A stretch of DNA of 64,000 nt, taken from assembly GCA_030704615.1 (NCBI GenBank), contig CM060732.1, forward strand, positions 70,370,001 through 70,434,000, read 5' to 3'. The notes under the pieces were generated by a model. The model worked only from the letters and a program-made list of their open reading frames with translations. It searched no databases and was not told the DNA's origin. The translations under genes were made by a program, and so were the position numbers. Below, one piece after another: positions 1 to 12,083 of the stretch. This DNA comes from Takakia lepidozioides. Lineage: Eukaryota > Plantae > Bryophyta. Position 1 is the stretch's first letter. Each line of letters starts with the position of its first letter.

Positions 1-4
1 CGAT

Positions 5-1367
5 ATGCCCTCCTGCAATCTAGCGGAGACTGTGCATAGTCAGTGGATGGCACAATCCGGCAAAAACGGGAGGAACCTCTACGTTGCGACTGCAGATGAC
101 ATGGTCCGGGCTGTTTCGCAACAAACAAGGTACCGAGACTTCCTGAGGGGATGGGGAGCTGATAAAGGTCCAGACAGGGAAGAGTTGCTACTTAGGGCTG
201 CAAATAGAGCGAAGCATCCCGCTAAAATGGCGCGTGCTGTGAATGAGTTCACAAATGGAACACCTTTGCAGTCCAGGCTCCCACATCTGGAAGGGGAGGA
301 AGGATTCGGTTCATGCAAGCGCAAACATGACACCCCACCAGGATCCGCTGGTGACTCCCATCGGCATGACAGGGATAATTACTCAATCCCTTGTGTGCCT
401 GTGCGGCCTCCGACATTCGAATCTGGCAGTCCCTCTGTCGGTGCCTGTTCTTCTGTTGTATATATATCCCTCTGCTCCAGTGCGGGGAGAGGGAGGGATG
501 ATGCTGGCGGTGGAAGAGTCCGATTGTGTGGATGCAATATGGCACATTGAACAGACATCCCAAAGATCAAAAGTTGGGTGTTCTGCTGTTAAGGCATTGT
601 CCTTTGTGAAGTGCACTAGCAAGATTTCTAGGGGCGGAGGCGGGACTCCTGCCCCGTCTTTCACTGGTTTATTCAAACATTACGGTGCGCGAGAGTCCAG
701 GCCTCACAAGTTCTGGTTTTGCCCTGATGACATTCAGCGTTGTGTGATGGGGACTTGTCAGGATTCAGTCCTCAGCAAGACTCAAATTCCAGCCGTGTGG
801 CCAGTGAAGTTGGGAACATGTCTGTCGAAGCAAGAAATTGAGATGCTGGAGGATGCCAAATTTCGTCTTCCAAGAGGCCCAGTAGTCATAACACCAGTTT
901 CATGTCGGGGTTCGCAATCCGCATTCCCCCCACGTCCACCACATGGGAACGACTGGCCTACGAAACGAAATGGAAAATAGGTCCGTCATGTTGAGGCAGG
1001 TCCCGAAAACGATTGCAAAATTGAGTCAGCAAGAAACCTGCAGTGTCGGGTGACCCAAGTTGTCAATGTCCCCCCTCCAGGCTATGGGCAGGTGTACAGT
1101 TTGGTGACATCGGGTTCTGTTGTTCACGACAGGACTTATGAGGTAACTGTTGGCAATTTTCCAAATTGCACATGCCCGGACTTCCAGAACACTTTATCAA
1201 GCTCTATTGGAAAGAAACCCAAATTTGTCCCGTGCAAACACCTATACTACATCTACATTCACATGATGTTTTGTGATCCTCACCGAGACACGTGCATTCA
1301 CCAGTGTACAATGGGTCCCACTGACATTCATACACTTCTGCAGCGTGATATGATTACTGAAATGTGA
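5..1367 (+). pseudogene. Disrupted C-terminus of a MULE-like transposase / SWIM zinc-finger protein
   Basis: Three ORFs joined by a frameshift near 450 and an in-frame TAG at 978-980; YEVTVGNFPNCTCPDF...CKH SWIM motif. Confidence 0.65.
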
Positions 1368-1498
1368 GGTGTTCAGAAGGAGCTGGATTCTTTGACAATG
1401 ACTCCACTTTGTTCAATGTAATGTTTTTAACATGTTCTATTTATGTTTTGGCTGAATCTGTTTTCGGTTTGTTTGTTTTGGGGTTAGTGGTTTTTCCA

Positions 1499-2260
1499 AT
1501 TAAGATGTCGTTGACGACACCTTAATCCACCCACCTGCACACGCACTGCCTTCGTACCTTTGTTGGATTCATATTTTTTGGGTTATTTGGGTTTTTGGAT
1601 GAATTGAAATGTCGCAAAGGTGATGGGAAATAAGATGTCGTTGACGACACCTTAATTCCTGCAACCTGCACATGCACCGCTGTGGAAGTTTTGTTCAGGT
1701 GGTCGGAATTAAGATGTCGTTGACGACATCTTAATCCCCCCGACCTGCACATGCACTGCCTTCAAAATTCTGTTGAGGTTGTTGGAATTAAGATGTCGTT
1801 GACGACACCTTAATCCCCCCTGCACACGCACCGCCTGCAAAGCTTTCCTGGGTTCATTTTTTCTGGTTTTTTGGGTTTTTCCATGAATTGTCATATCGCA
1901 ACATGTTGTGGGAATTAAGATGTCGTTGACGACACCTTAATCGCCGCGACCTGCACACGCACCGCCTTCAAAGTTTTGTTGGATTTCTGTTTTTTTCCTT
2001 TTTTGGGCCATACTCTGAAAAGACATGTGGCAGCAGCTGGTGGGATTTAAGATGTCGTTGACGACACCTTAATTGCCACGACCTGCACAGGTGTAGACTT
2101 CGTAGTTTTGTTGGATTCAAATTTTCTGGTTTTTTGGGATTTTCCATGAAATGTTTGTGGCAACAGGAGGTGGGAATTAAGATGTCGTTGACGACACCTT
2201 ACCCTCCCCCACCACCTGGACACACACCGCCTTCAATGTTTTTTTGGACTCAATTTTTTG
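1499..2260. repeat. Array of 7 palindromic 28-bp cores ATTAAGATGTCGTTGACGACACCTTAAT in 79-bp or ~130-bp units
   Basis: Cores start at 1499, 1629, 1708, 1787, 1914, 2046 and 2176; each is followed by a CCTG(C/G)ACAC/T..CACC/TGCC-like motif and a T-rich tract. Confidence 0.95.
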
Positions 2261-2750
2261 CGTTCATTGTTTTTGGAGAAATGTTTCTGCGATTTGGTTT
2301 TGTCCTCCACTTCTCATGTTCTATCCTCCTCCCTCCTCTGCAGCCCCACCCCCATCAGAAGAGTCCATAGGTAACTCAAATTTACTCCTGTATGTAATTG
2401 CCTTCTAACTTCAGCAGTTTCCTTCAAGTTCCCTCAAAGTAAGTACTGCCAGGATCAGCCGACAAATCTGAAATTCAAGACACACTCGAGATGCAATTGC
2501 TCCACGTGAAACAAAAACGAGGTCATGGTTCATCCATTTCGCTCATTTCTCATCCACCATTCATCATTTCCACTTTTCATTCACCCTGAAACCATTCATC
2601 CGTCGGCTTTTTCATCGCACATTCGTACCATACGGTCGTCATGGAGCTTGGATTGTCCCATCGGATGGGGTGTGCATGCGTCCGTGCATTGTAGTTTTTT
2701 TCCACGGCAATAGGCCCTCTTCTTCCCTCGGTTGTAGGCTCCCATTCACT

Positions 2751-2931
2751 AATCTGCTCACGCCTTGAATCTGCTCACGCTTTAGGGATTTTGCTCACGT
2801 TTTCCACTTTAAGCGTGAGCGTGCTCACGTGAGCTGCTCACACGATAGTTGCTCTCGTTTTCCACGCCTCCACGAAATCCCGTTTCCTTTTCAAGGGCAT
2901 GTTGTTATTGTCATTCACAGGACGGAAAGCC
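2751..2931. repeat. GCTCACG/CGTGAGC motif cluster and probable transposon terminus (TIR)
   Basis: About 7 copies of GCTCAC(G) in both orientations at 2755-2843; ends ...AAGGGCATGTTGTTATTGTCATTCACAGGACGGAAAGCC at the LINE breakpoint. Confidence 0.5.
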
Positions 2932-5900
2932 TTTGCTGCCACATTGTCCCTTTCTCCTTTCTTATAAATCAATTTGACAAGGCCCTCTGAAATCTGCGAG
3001 GGCATCGCTTGTTTGAGGAGGATGTCATTGGCCATGGCAAGAAAGTCATCCCCTATGGTTTGCCATAAAGCTTTAAACAATTCAACAGGCAGCCCATCTA
3101 GACCTGGACTTTTGAAAGATGCCAGGGCGTCCGCCGCCTTTCCAAGCTCTTCCATAGTGACAGGTTCTGCCATACTTATCTTGTCAGTAGCAGAGAGAGA
3201 GCATGGAATGTTTCTGAGGAGAACATTTCTTGCCTCTTCCACCAAGGGAGTATGGTCTCTCTTTTGGAAGAGTTGTCTAAAAAAGTCAGCAGCAATGCTG
3301 GACATCTTTTTTGAGACAGCAGTTGAAGTACCCGATGCATCACGCAGGGAGGGGATCAGAGTAGAAGCACGGCGTTGGGCTGCTTTAGCAAAGAAGTATT
3401 TTGTCATTTTTTCTCCCTTTAGTGACCAGTTGACGCCAGCCTTTATCCTAATGAACTGCTCTCTTGAGTTTAACAATAGCGAGAGGTTTCTCTTTGCAGT
3501 TTTGTAAGAGATGAGGGTTTGGGGGTCATCCCTTCCCTCTTGCAGTTGAGATTGGCAAACAAGAAGACATTTAGTCAGGGCTTTCTCTCTTCTGGCAATT
3601 CCTCAGCTTTCTTCTGAGACAGTTCCTGGCAAGTGCTTCTCAAAATCTAAAGCTTAGAGAGAAAAAAGAGGGTAGGGGAGGAGAAGGGGAGGTCAGCAGA
3701 GGACCAAACCCTTTGGAGCGAGAGAATAACCTCTGGGTCTTTAAGTAGTGTGGGGTTTAGTTTGAAAAAACCCCTAGCCTTGACTCTGGACCCAGGGGTG
3801 TGGAGATCTAGCTGGATATTAGAGTGGTCAAACCCTGGAGGAATTGGATTAATAGCTTTTTTCACAAACCAATTCTACAGATGAGCAGAGCAGTAAAAGC
3901 TATCAAGCCGATCAAGAGAGAGGTTGGGAGGCTCTCTATTGTTAGCCCATGTGAATCTTAGCTCACCTTCTGCAGGGTGAGAAGCATCCAATAGACCGAT
4001 TGCTAGACAAAGAGAGTCCTAGGCGTCTCTTTTGGCAGTAGATAGGCCATGGACATTAGAGCCAGATCTGTCAATGTCTAATTCAACCATATTGGAGTCA
4101 CCTCCTACAATCTAGTGCTGGATATCCATATGCTGCAGCACCTTTAACCTTACAAGAGACCACAAGTCAATGTGCTCTTCTTCAGCGTTGGGAGCATACA
4201 TATTTACCATGCCAACCTTCCCTACGGACTGACCCATATTCATGATGATAAGCTGAACATGACCCTGGACACATATCTCATTAGCAAGAATACTAGGGCC
4301 CAACGAAGGAGAAACCAGGATCGTTGTCCCCCCTCTTGAGTCCACTACGGTGGGGTTCCAGAAGCAGAGTTAACAGGCCACGGAGATGCACCCAGGGAAG
4401 CAATTTTAGCTGGGTCCAGCTTGTGTTCTTGCAAAAAAATTACAGAGGATCGATTGATAAGATGAGAGACTCATAGTCTAATTCTCGCCCTTTTTGGAGC
4501 TGAGTGATCAGATCCAATGCCTCTTATGTTCTAGCTGGTTAGGGAGCAATTCATGGTACATGTGGTAGCAGGCCCGCGGCAATCCTACGATTTGATGGCC
4601 AGGCATGAAGGAACCTGAATTTGGTTCTTTTATCAAGGGGCTGAAGCGTGTAGATCCACTTAAAGCCAACAGGGGGGGGGGGTATAAGCGGGATATTCCA
4701 CAAATACGCTTGCCTAGACCTCTTCCTTTTGTTTACGCAATGTAATTCCATGAATTGGTTCCTGGTATCTTTGAACATTGACAAATCTGCCAAGGTAAGA
4801 TTCCAGGATAGAATTGAAGAGAGAAGGCCAACAGAGGTATCAAAAAGAAGAGAAAAAGAGGCATCGTTCCATCCTAGCAGGACCTTGTTTTCCATGGGTT
4901 GGTGTTCCATGACCAGCATCCAGCCTCTTTTTAGATTGGTATTGTCTGGAACAAAGAAAACAAGAGGAGCGTAAGCATGAGGAACATGCTTACCGCAAGG
5001 TGGCGAGTTTACAATCTCCTCCGACTGCATCGCCTCGGTGATGTCCTTGTGTGCCCCATTGGAGGAGAGCACCATGTCTGTGTTGTTGTATATCACCAAC
5101 TCATTGTTGTTGATGGACTCCACACTCCTGCCTTCCTGCACTGCCTGCATTGCCAAGCCTTTGAGCTTCTGCAAACTTGCCAGTTCTGCTACCATTCGAA
5201 TACCTTCTTCCATGATTAGGGAGCTGCGTGCCCAGGCATTGGGGTCGTTGACCCTACAAGACAAGCCAAATTTGTCCACCCATACCCCATTGATAGGCTT
5301 GTTCGAGGCCTGCCCCAAGTCGGTAGCATGGAAGATTGGGAGCACATGTATAACCGCCAAATTGACAAGGGCAGCGTTGTTCTCTACCATGATACCTATG
5401 TCATGAATGTGAGATAGAGATAGAGAAATATGGGGGAAGAACTCCTTGAGGATCTGGCTGGTTAGGAAGAGAGTGATATCCTTCACACTTCCGACCCCCA
5501 AATCCTTGGCCAAGGGCTCAGAAACCCATGCAGAGCAGAAACCCTCCTCGTCCTCTGGCAAGCAAAAATTTGTGTAATCATCAGAAAGGGTGTAAACCAA
5601 AGGAGTTACACAAATAGCTGCCCTGTCTCGCGCATATGCTGATCCGGGGGCCCATCCATTGAGAGGCTTTTTGGTGAAAGTGTGCAGTTCCAGGAAAGCA
5701 ATTGCCAGACTTGTGCTATCCAAAAACTGCAGCTCCTCCTCAGAGAAAGGAAAAGATGCCCAAGCGTCCTTCACTCTGATAGGATGTAGATCATACGGGC
5801 GGTTTGGGTGTATCCATGACCCGGACTTCTCTCCGTTTCTCTTCCCTTTTTTAGAAGTTTGACCTTGATGAGGGACCTCCACGTCTAATTCCATGGTGAC

Positions 5901-7300
5901 TGGAGCGTGAGTGGCCTGAGCAGCAGTCTTGTATGATGAGCCAACTACTTCTGTCTGTGGAAAGGGGTGCTTGGCATCGTCGGAGGCGTTTTGTCTGTTG
6001 ATTTTGGAATAGTTGGATCGCACATGACCTTCACCGTTGCAACCAAAGCAAATCGTGGAGATGAGCTCCTCGTGGATAGCTACCATGATATATGAATCAT
6101 CTAACGTTGGCAACTTGACGGACGAGCCTATTGGCTTAGTTTCCGGCATCAGAACAACCAACTTGGGCATGCCATTGTCTCTGGTGAAGTCAATGTAAGC
6201 AGCTTTTGTGTCCACGCTTTTGATGGTATCTTGAATAGGCTCGAACACGTTCAGAGAGCCGATGAAAGTGCCGAAGCTGGCCCCTATTTCAGGGAGAGAA
6301 GAGAGATATATGGCAGGCAGGAAAGGGATTGCAATAACCCTCGGTTTCCAGAGCACTCCCTGTTTGTGACCCCAGTCATGGGTCTAGGGGAAAATGAAAA
6401 CCTTTGCTGCTGACATTTGTGTCTTGAACTTGAGAGCCGATTCTGCTTCGGCTGAGTTGCAGAATAGAACCAGGTAGAAACCTCTGCCCATGGAAAGGCA
6501 AAAGTGTTGGTCGAGTCCTCCCTCCGCTCCAATGTGTTTCACGATCCACGTGTGGATCCACTTCCTAGCTCTAAGCTTCCCAGGGAAGTAGAGGAGAATT
6601 CCTCTCTGAGTGAGTTTTTCTGCTTGCACCTTGAGCTTTTCTTTGTCAAGTGCTAACACTGGCTGCTCATTGGTTTCTTGTGGAATGGAGTCCTCCCATA
6701 CCCCCTCATCTTCCGTGGAAAGTGGTCAATGATCGGTGGGGTTGGGCCTTTGCCCAAGATTGAATCGCCCGTACCATTGGAGGTAGAGTAGTTCTTAGTG
6801 ATCCATTTTGACTTCCCCTTGTTCATCGCAAGTGCAGATCCTGGGCGAATCGATGATCCCCCCCCTATTCCTCGCTTGTTGGCTGTACCTGGCACTCATG
6901 GCTTCAGATTTTGAGGAGAGGAGCAGACTGCACCTGTAGTATGCAACAGACGGTCACTCACCTCACCCCACACCCCCCAATTTCACAGTAAGAAGACACT
7001 TGTGTAGGGTATGGAAGAGACAGCTTAGAACAAGCAACAGAGTGGAGGCTAGAGGTAGAAACGTGTGATTGAGATGCAAGACTACACAATCTGTCACCTT
7101 TCGAGAAGCGGCAGGGAAGATGATTAAGAGTAACAGCAGTAAAGGGAGAAGGGGGAGCGCTCTTAGAAATATGAGGCCACTTGCAGCTTGGAATCCTGAG
7201 CGGGAAAAGGAATCGTGTCAAAGCCGCGTTTGCAGTCAAGAAATTAAAGCTGAGCAGATGGAGGGCATTCTGGAGTAAACCGCGCAGGCATTGCAAACAT
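2932..7300 (-). mobile_element. L1-clade LINE retrotransposon, degenerate, 3'-truncated
   Basis: ORF1 ~6900-4551 with MGRGFYLVLF and a degenerate zinc knuckle CFGCNGEGHVRSNY. ORF2 4554-2932 has APE endonuclease motifs (S*NIRG, LQEHK, NMYAPN, GGDSN, RLDSFY, FDH) and the start of RT (KSPGLDGLPVELFK, LIYKKG). 5' boundary approximate. Confidence 0.9.
4551..6356 (-). CDS. LINE ORF1 (gag-like), largest open segment
   Basis: 601-aa ORF upstream of the endonuclease; zinc-knuckle-like motif; stop codon overlaps the ORF2 ATG. Confidence 0.7.
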   Translation of the reverse strand: MLWKPRVIAIPFLPAIYLSSLPEIGASFGTFIGSLNVFEPIQDTIKSVDTKAAYIDFTRDNGMPKLVVLMPETKPIGSSVKLPTLDDSYIMVAIHEELISTICFGCNGEGHVRSNYSKINRQNASDDAKHPFPQTEVVGSSYKTAAQATHAPVTMELDVEVPHQGQTSKKGKRNGEKSGSWIHPNRPYDLHPIRVKDAWASFPFSEEELQFLDSTSLAIAFLELHTFTKKPLNGWAPGSAYARDRAAICVTPLVYTLSDDYTNFCLPEDEEGFCSAWVSEPLAKDLGVGSVKDITLFLTSQILKEFFPHISLSLSHIHDIGIMVENNAALVNLAVIHVLPIFHATDLGQASNKPINGVWVDKFGLSCRVNDPNAWARSSLIMEEGIRMVAELASLQKLKGLAMQAVQEGRSVESINNNELVIYNNTDMVLSSNGAHKDITEAMQSEEIVNSPPCGKHVPHAYAPLVFFVPDNTNLKRGWMLVMEHQPMENKVLLGWNDASFSLLFDTSVGLLSSILSWNLTLADLSMFKDTRNQFMELHCVNKRKRSRQAYLWNIPLIPPPPVGFKWIYTLQPLDKRTKFRFLHAWPSNRRIAAGLLPHVP

Positions 7301-7866
7301 GAACACAGCCAACAAAAAGATATATTTCTTGTAGACTTTTAGCTGGAGATAGCAGGGACTTAATGAAATTATAGAACAGTCAGAGGAGGCAGGTTTAGCA
7401 TGGTTGTCAATGTTGTTTGCACGGGGAATCGCGCTGCAGCTTAGTGAAGACGGCCCATAATTGGAGAATTGGGAAGAGCTCCCAGATGATAGATGGAAAA
7501 GAAAGGTTGTCCGGAGTAGAGAGAGAAGTGGAGGAGCTGGGGGGATGAGAAGAGTTCCATTAGTTCGTCAGTTAGATTAGGGATTGGGGCATGGCCCTAG
7601 AGACGTCGTATCTGTCTCGACGATGGTACTGAGAGCTTGCCTGTAGCTTCAATACACATCAAAATATATGTGGAGGTGCGAGGAGGCCGAACGGGGGAGA
7701 GCTTGAGAAAAACTAAGTCTCCCGGCTCTCTCACCGCAACCTGCGGAGCCATCCTCCCCCCTAGATTGATTCGCCAGATTTCGACCTCTAATCTCTCACA
7801 TATGTAAAGCAGTTTCATTAAGGCCCGGTTATTATTATTATTATTTTTGGTTAGAATTTGTTAATT

Positions 7867-8278
7867 CTAGAGTGGTCCAGGAATTAGCGTGGTCCACGAA
7901 GTAAAAGAGGGCCAATGTAATAAGGCCACTTGTATTAATTAACGAAATGAAGGGTCCGAAAATTAAGGATCCCAAGGTGTTAATTTAGGGTTTAGGGTTT
8001 AGTGAGGGGAGCACCCCCCTTATATAGGCCTGGGAGGAGGTGGTGGGCCCTCCCAGAAGACCCTAGAGACACCCCATGTGTCCTAACCCTACCCCACCCT
8101 TTGACGCGTTTCCACTAATTCTAACCCTACAAAACCTCTAATCCTAACCCACCATTGGCATACAACGGCAATCGGGCCGAGTATACTTCAAATCATGGAA
8201 TCCGTTTGAACAGTGGTAAAATGGCTCCAATCCAATGGTGGGCCTATTGCCTTACCTTCTATAAACGAAACATTCCCC
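7867..8278. mobile_element. Unclassified non-autonomous element with telomere-like repeats
   Basis: Begins CTAGAGTGGTCCAGGAATTA (identical to 39887-39906); TTTAGGGTTTAGGGTTTAG at 7984-8002 and several AACCCTA-like motifs. Confidence 0.4.
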
Positions 8279-10300
8279 GGTAGACCTTTCCAGGAAGCAA
8301 GTGTCCTGCCAGAGATTGAGAAGGTGGAAGGCTATGCAACCGAGGACAACGTTGTTACAGAAGCTATTCCAAGGTTCAGTGACCTCCCCTGATGTATCCC
8401 TGCATCGAATAGACAGAGGTCAAGTGACAACTTGAATGAAGGGCGCCTGTCTCATACAAGTGCTTCAACGTCAATTCATGAAAATGCACGCTACCCTGAA
8501 CCCCTGGTGGCTATTCCAAGGTTGGCCGCTGATATGTCATCCCCTGATTTACCACCTGCTTCGAGTCGACAGAGGTCAAGTGACAACTGGAATGAAGGTG
8601 GCCTGTCTCATACAACTGCTTCAATGTCAAAACATGAAAATGTACGCTACCCTGAACCCCTGGTGGTGATGCTTGAATTTTCTGTTCTCTTTTCTGCAAG
8701 GCATACCTGCACTTGTCTCTGTTTTGTATGTCTTGCAGAAGAGTGAGTTTCATTTCTAATTGTCTCCTTTCCCCTCACTCTTATTTCAAAGTCAGTGGAT
8801 TTTGTAAAAAGGTGACTAGAATCATGTTAAGTCTCAGTTTCATAATCCTGCAGGATGAAGTGCCAGCTCCTACATGCCAGCAAAGATTTGGTCTAATAGA
8901 TGTAGGGACAATCCATCCCCCAAGCAGCAATTGGCCAATGAAGAAGACGAACATGGTTTCCAGCATATGGCGGAAGAAGCTGAGCACATTCTCAAGCAAA
9001 TATCACAGCAGAAGGCTGGTCAAAGCACTGCCCGGAAAGTGATGCAACGGTTCCTTCAACGAAAGGACCAGGAGCCCATGAAATTAAACTTTTCAGCTGA
9101 CTGTACTGATGACTACACACCAAGGAGAAGAAGTTTGATTTCTCAAAGTCAAGCACAGGAAAAAGACTCCTGAGAATGTAAAAGGACATGAAATACTGGT
9201 GGGGTTGTCAAGGGACGTAAAGGGGTCCCAGTGTCAAGGACAACTTTTCCTGCAATCAGAAGCCCAGCTCCTTGGCCCAAAGGCTAAGGAAGAGGCATGT
9301 TTAAACGCCAAGGCAGAGGACGCCAGGATTCAATTTGAGGTGATCCCTCTCTATAGGCTTCTCCTTCCTAACGTTTCTAACATTGTGTTATGCCTTCCAA
9401 GTTTACAGGGCAACAATTCCAGGAAGCCTTGCAAGCTGTGGTTGACTTCTGAAAGCAGTCAAATTAGCTGAATCTCAGGGGTATCTGGTTACCCCTTGTG
9501 AAGGGCTTCACCATCTTAACGGTTTTAGTACATTCTATCCCCTCCACCTCTCGTATTAACATGCTCTGTGGTCTACCAGGAAGCCCGGGACAAGGTTGCC
9601 AGGCTGAAAAGATGGCTGGCAGAACTAGATTCCACTGCCCAAGAACTCTGCCACTCTCTTGTTGAAAATGCCAAGGTAGAAGCATGACGATGGAGGAGAG
9701 TGTTGCTGTCCAACCAGAGACTCTTGTCAACCAGCTTCGGAACCGGTTTTTCTTTCTACAGTGTATGCAGGTAGGTAACAATACTCCTGTAGTCTTCAGA
9801 AGGTCTGCACTATAAGTTATTGCGTGTGATGGATAAAAATTAGTGTGATAATAGTGGTAGACCTGAAGTTGCATACTCCTGCTAGACTTGGGAACAGTTT
9901 TAGACAAGACCATTCTGGTTGTGGCAGGATTGGCAGCTTGGGAGAAAATACAGTGAGGGAGATGAGTGTATCCTGGAGTTCAACTATTACTCATTGGTCA
10001 CCCACAGGTGGTTGCCTTTGTTACCTCAACTAACACCCTGATAGGTCCTTGTGTTTTTGTATGAATTGCTAGAGATAGCCGGAACATCTTCCTTCCGTGT
10101 AGCAATTTCTTGATGAATAAATTAGGTTAGCATTCATGGTTAGACTTGCAAGTTTCCATCTATGTAATAATCTATATGTTGTCTTGCTCACTCATGCATG
10201 CAGAGTTGATGTGAAGATGGGCCAGCCAGAGAATGCCTCCCTCTGAAGCACATTTGACATCAGTGTGAAGGCCATAGATAAGGTACACTTCCTCTGCCCC
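8279..10300 (+). pseudogene. KNL1: Partial duplicate of KNL1 (repeat region to start of the C-terminal domain), introns retained
   Basis: Colinear, high-identity copy of ~21824-24805 with 2 repeat units instead of 8, and frameshifts. Confidence 0.9.
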
Positions 10301-10306
10301 CTAGTG

Positions 10307-10366
10307 GACTTGAAGTGTTTTGTGTTTTCACTAATTGGCGTTCACTTCAAGATCAAGCCTATCTAG
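10307..10366 (+). pseudogene. MAGO: Isolated last exon of a MAGO NASHI paralog
   Basis: Encodes [19 protein letters not shown], matching exon 3 at 18055-18114 (-), with similar sequence just after the stop. Confidence 0.85.
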
Positions 10367-12083
10367 AAGCCGGACTCAAGATTATGCAAGGATGAGACTC
10401 CCAAAAGGACAACCTGTTTGCATGTTTGACCATCAATCAATTGCTCGTTCTAGGACAAACTCAGGCTTAGCATTAGTTGTGCATTGCACAAGGTGCTTCA
10501 TCCTTGGCCCCTCATTGTAGTCTGCCAATTTGGTGTCACTGACTGATATTCTTGGACCTGATCATACCCCTTCACCATGTATGGTCACGATAATAAAATT
10601 TCAAACTTCTGTAGCATGCAGTGTGTTCCAAAACGGAGCAAGGTGTCTGTCTGCCTATGCTAAAAATGATATTGGACACCATTGTGCACAATAGGTCTTC
10701 CTTGACTCACTGCCTTGCGGGGATGCACTTGGGTTGTGATCTATGTGCATTGGGCACTACGGTGCTTTGTGACAATGAACTTGTCAGTGTCACTATGTAT
10801 GTGACTTGACCTGTGCCTCTGCTATGACTGAAATTGTTACCTTTATTAGCACTAGACCATGAACACCTCTCCAGCTCTCCCTGAAAAGAAAGGTAGTCAC
10901 ACACATGCAGATGGTTGGTCCGTAGCAGAGTGGATCGTTGTCAGCAGTATGTAGAGTTGGCAGATGTACCCAAGCTTGTTCGCACTCGCCCGCATTGCTT
11001 CAAAGATCAAAAACTCTTGTTAGAAGCTTTATCACCCTCTTTGTCGCCTCCCTATACTCATCACATGAGAGAATTTGGTACAGGATAAGTAAATTTTGTA
11101 GTTCATTGTGCCAATGGCATTGTGCACCACCTCTCCAAAAGTCAAGGTGTCCAGGCAATGTACATCACACACAAATGCAACTGCCCACAATGGCATTGCT
11201 TCCTAGATCTCCCTACAACGCTTGGCTTGCTAACCGAGAACGCATACTGAACTCACAATGTCAGACAGTTCCGCAGTGAGGCGGAGTAAACTTGAATGCA
11301 AGCAACATTACAAGGCAGACTTCAAGTTGTTCCCCTGCAATCCCAGCATGTGCATCCAGTGCTACAAGCAATCACCCTCAGTACAAGTTGATAACATCAC
11401 ACCAATTTCACTAGACCAACAACGCTCGAGTACCTACGCAGATTTGACCTTCACATTTGCAGTTGCTATGGGCACTGCAGCTCTCTTCTTTAGTCTGTCG
11501 AAGCCATTACTCCGGGGTGGACTGTAGCCGAGCTGGTCCTTTGTTATGCTGATCATCATTCTTGCAGGCAAAGCTTGAAAGACTACCCGGCAGCCCTTAC
11601 TCTTTGGGGTGCAGGTCTGTTAATGTCGACGGTTACATAGCAGCTTTGTAGGCGCTGTACAGGAGTCGGCGGGAACGAAGCAAGCTGCGGTGGTATCCAT
11701 GTTCAATAAGGGTTCTGTTTCTTCTCTTCAGATGGTCCGGATAGAAGTGGCGTGAGGATGGAGAATGGTTGGAAGTGTTGATCGATTGATCCAACTCGGT
11801 TACCGATGCCTCTTGAGATGGAAGTGCACCTAGTGATGACGTCTGATTTGTAATTGGAGGTGAGGAGTTAGCTCAAGAGGGTGTGAGGCCAGTGGGTGTT
11901 CACGGGATGCAGCCATGGCATCGTGAGGGTTGAGATTTGAGCAAGAAAGATTGAAACCTTGTATGTGTGATTGATCTCTGAAGTGACATCGGCCATGGGA
12001 CGTAATTGCAAAAGCTGGCGCACGTTTGACTGGCTGCCTGCTGAGCTGAGCAGGTGCTTGAAATGTTGGTTTGTTGACAAGAA

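Larger units (their letters stand above)
1..2931 (+). mobile_element. 3' part of a Mutator-like (MULE) DNA transposon with SWIM zinc finger, inserted into a LINE
   Basis: ORF pieces 5-550, 243-980 and 1050-1367 (frameshift and stop). PSCNLAETVH resembles the MULE N-x-x-E-x-x-H/N third catalytic motif. SWIM CxC-x(n)-CxH (NCTCPDF...PCKHLYY). Subterminal repeats follow, and LINE ORF2 homology stops abruptly at ~2932. Confidence 0.6.

Noticed and set aside
1499-2203. True CRISPR array
   Set aside because: Spacers are homologous to each other and of two long size classes, there are no cas genes, and the context is a eukaryotic transposon
7984-8002. Telomere or large interstitial telomeric array
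   Set aside because: Under three TTTAGGG units; better treated as a telo-box-like motif within a repeat
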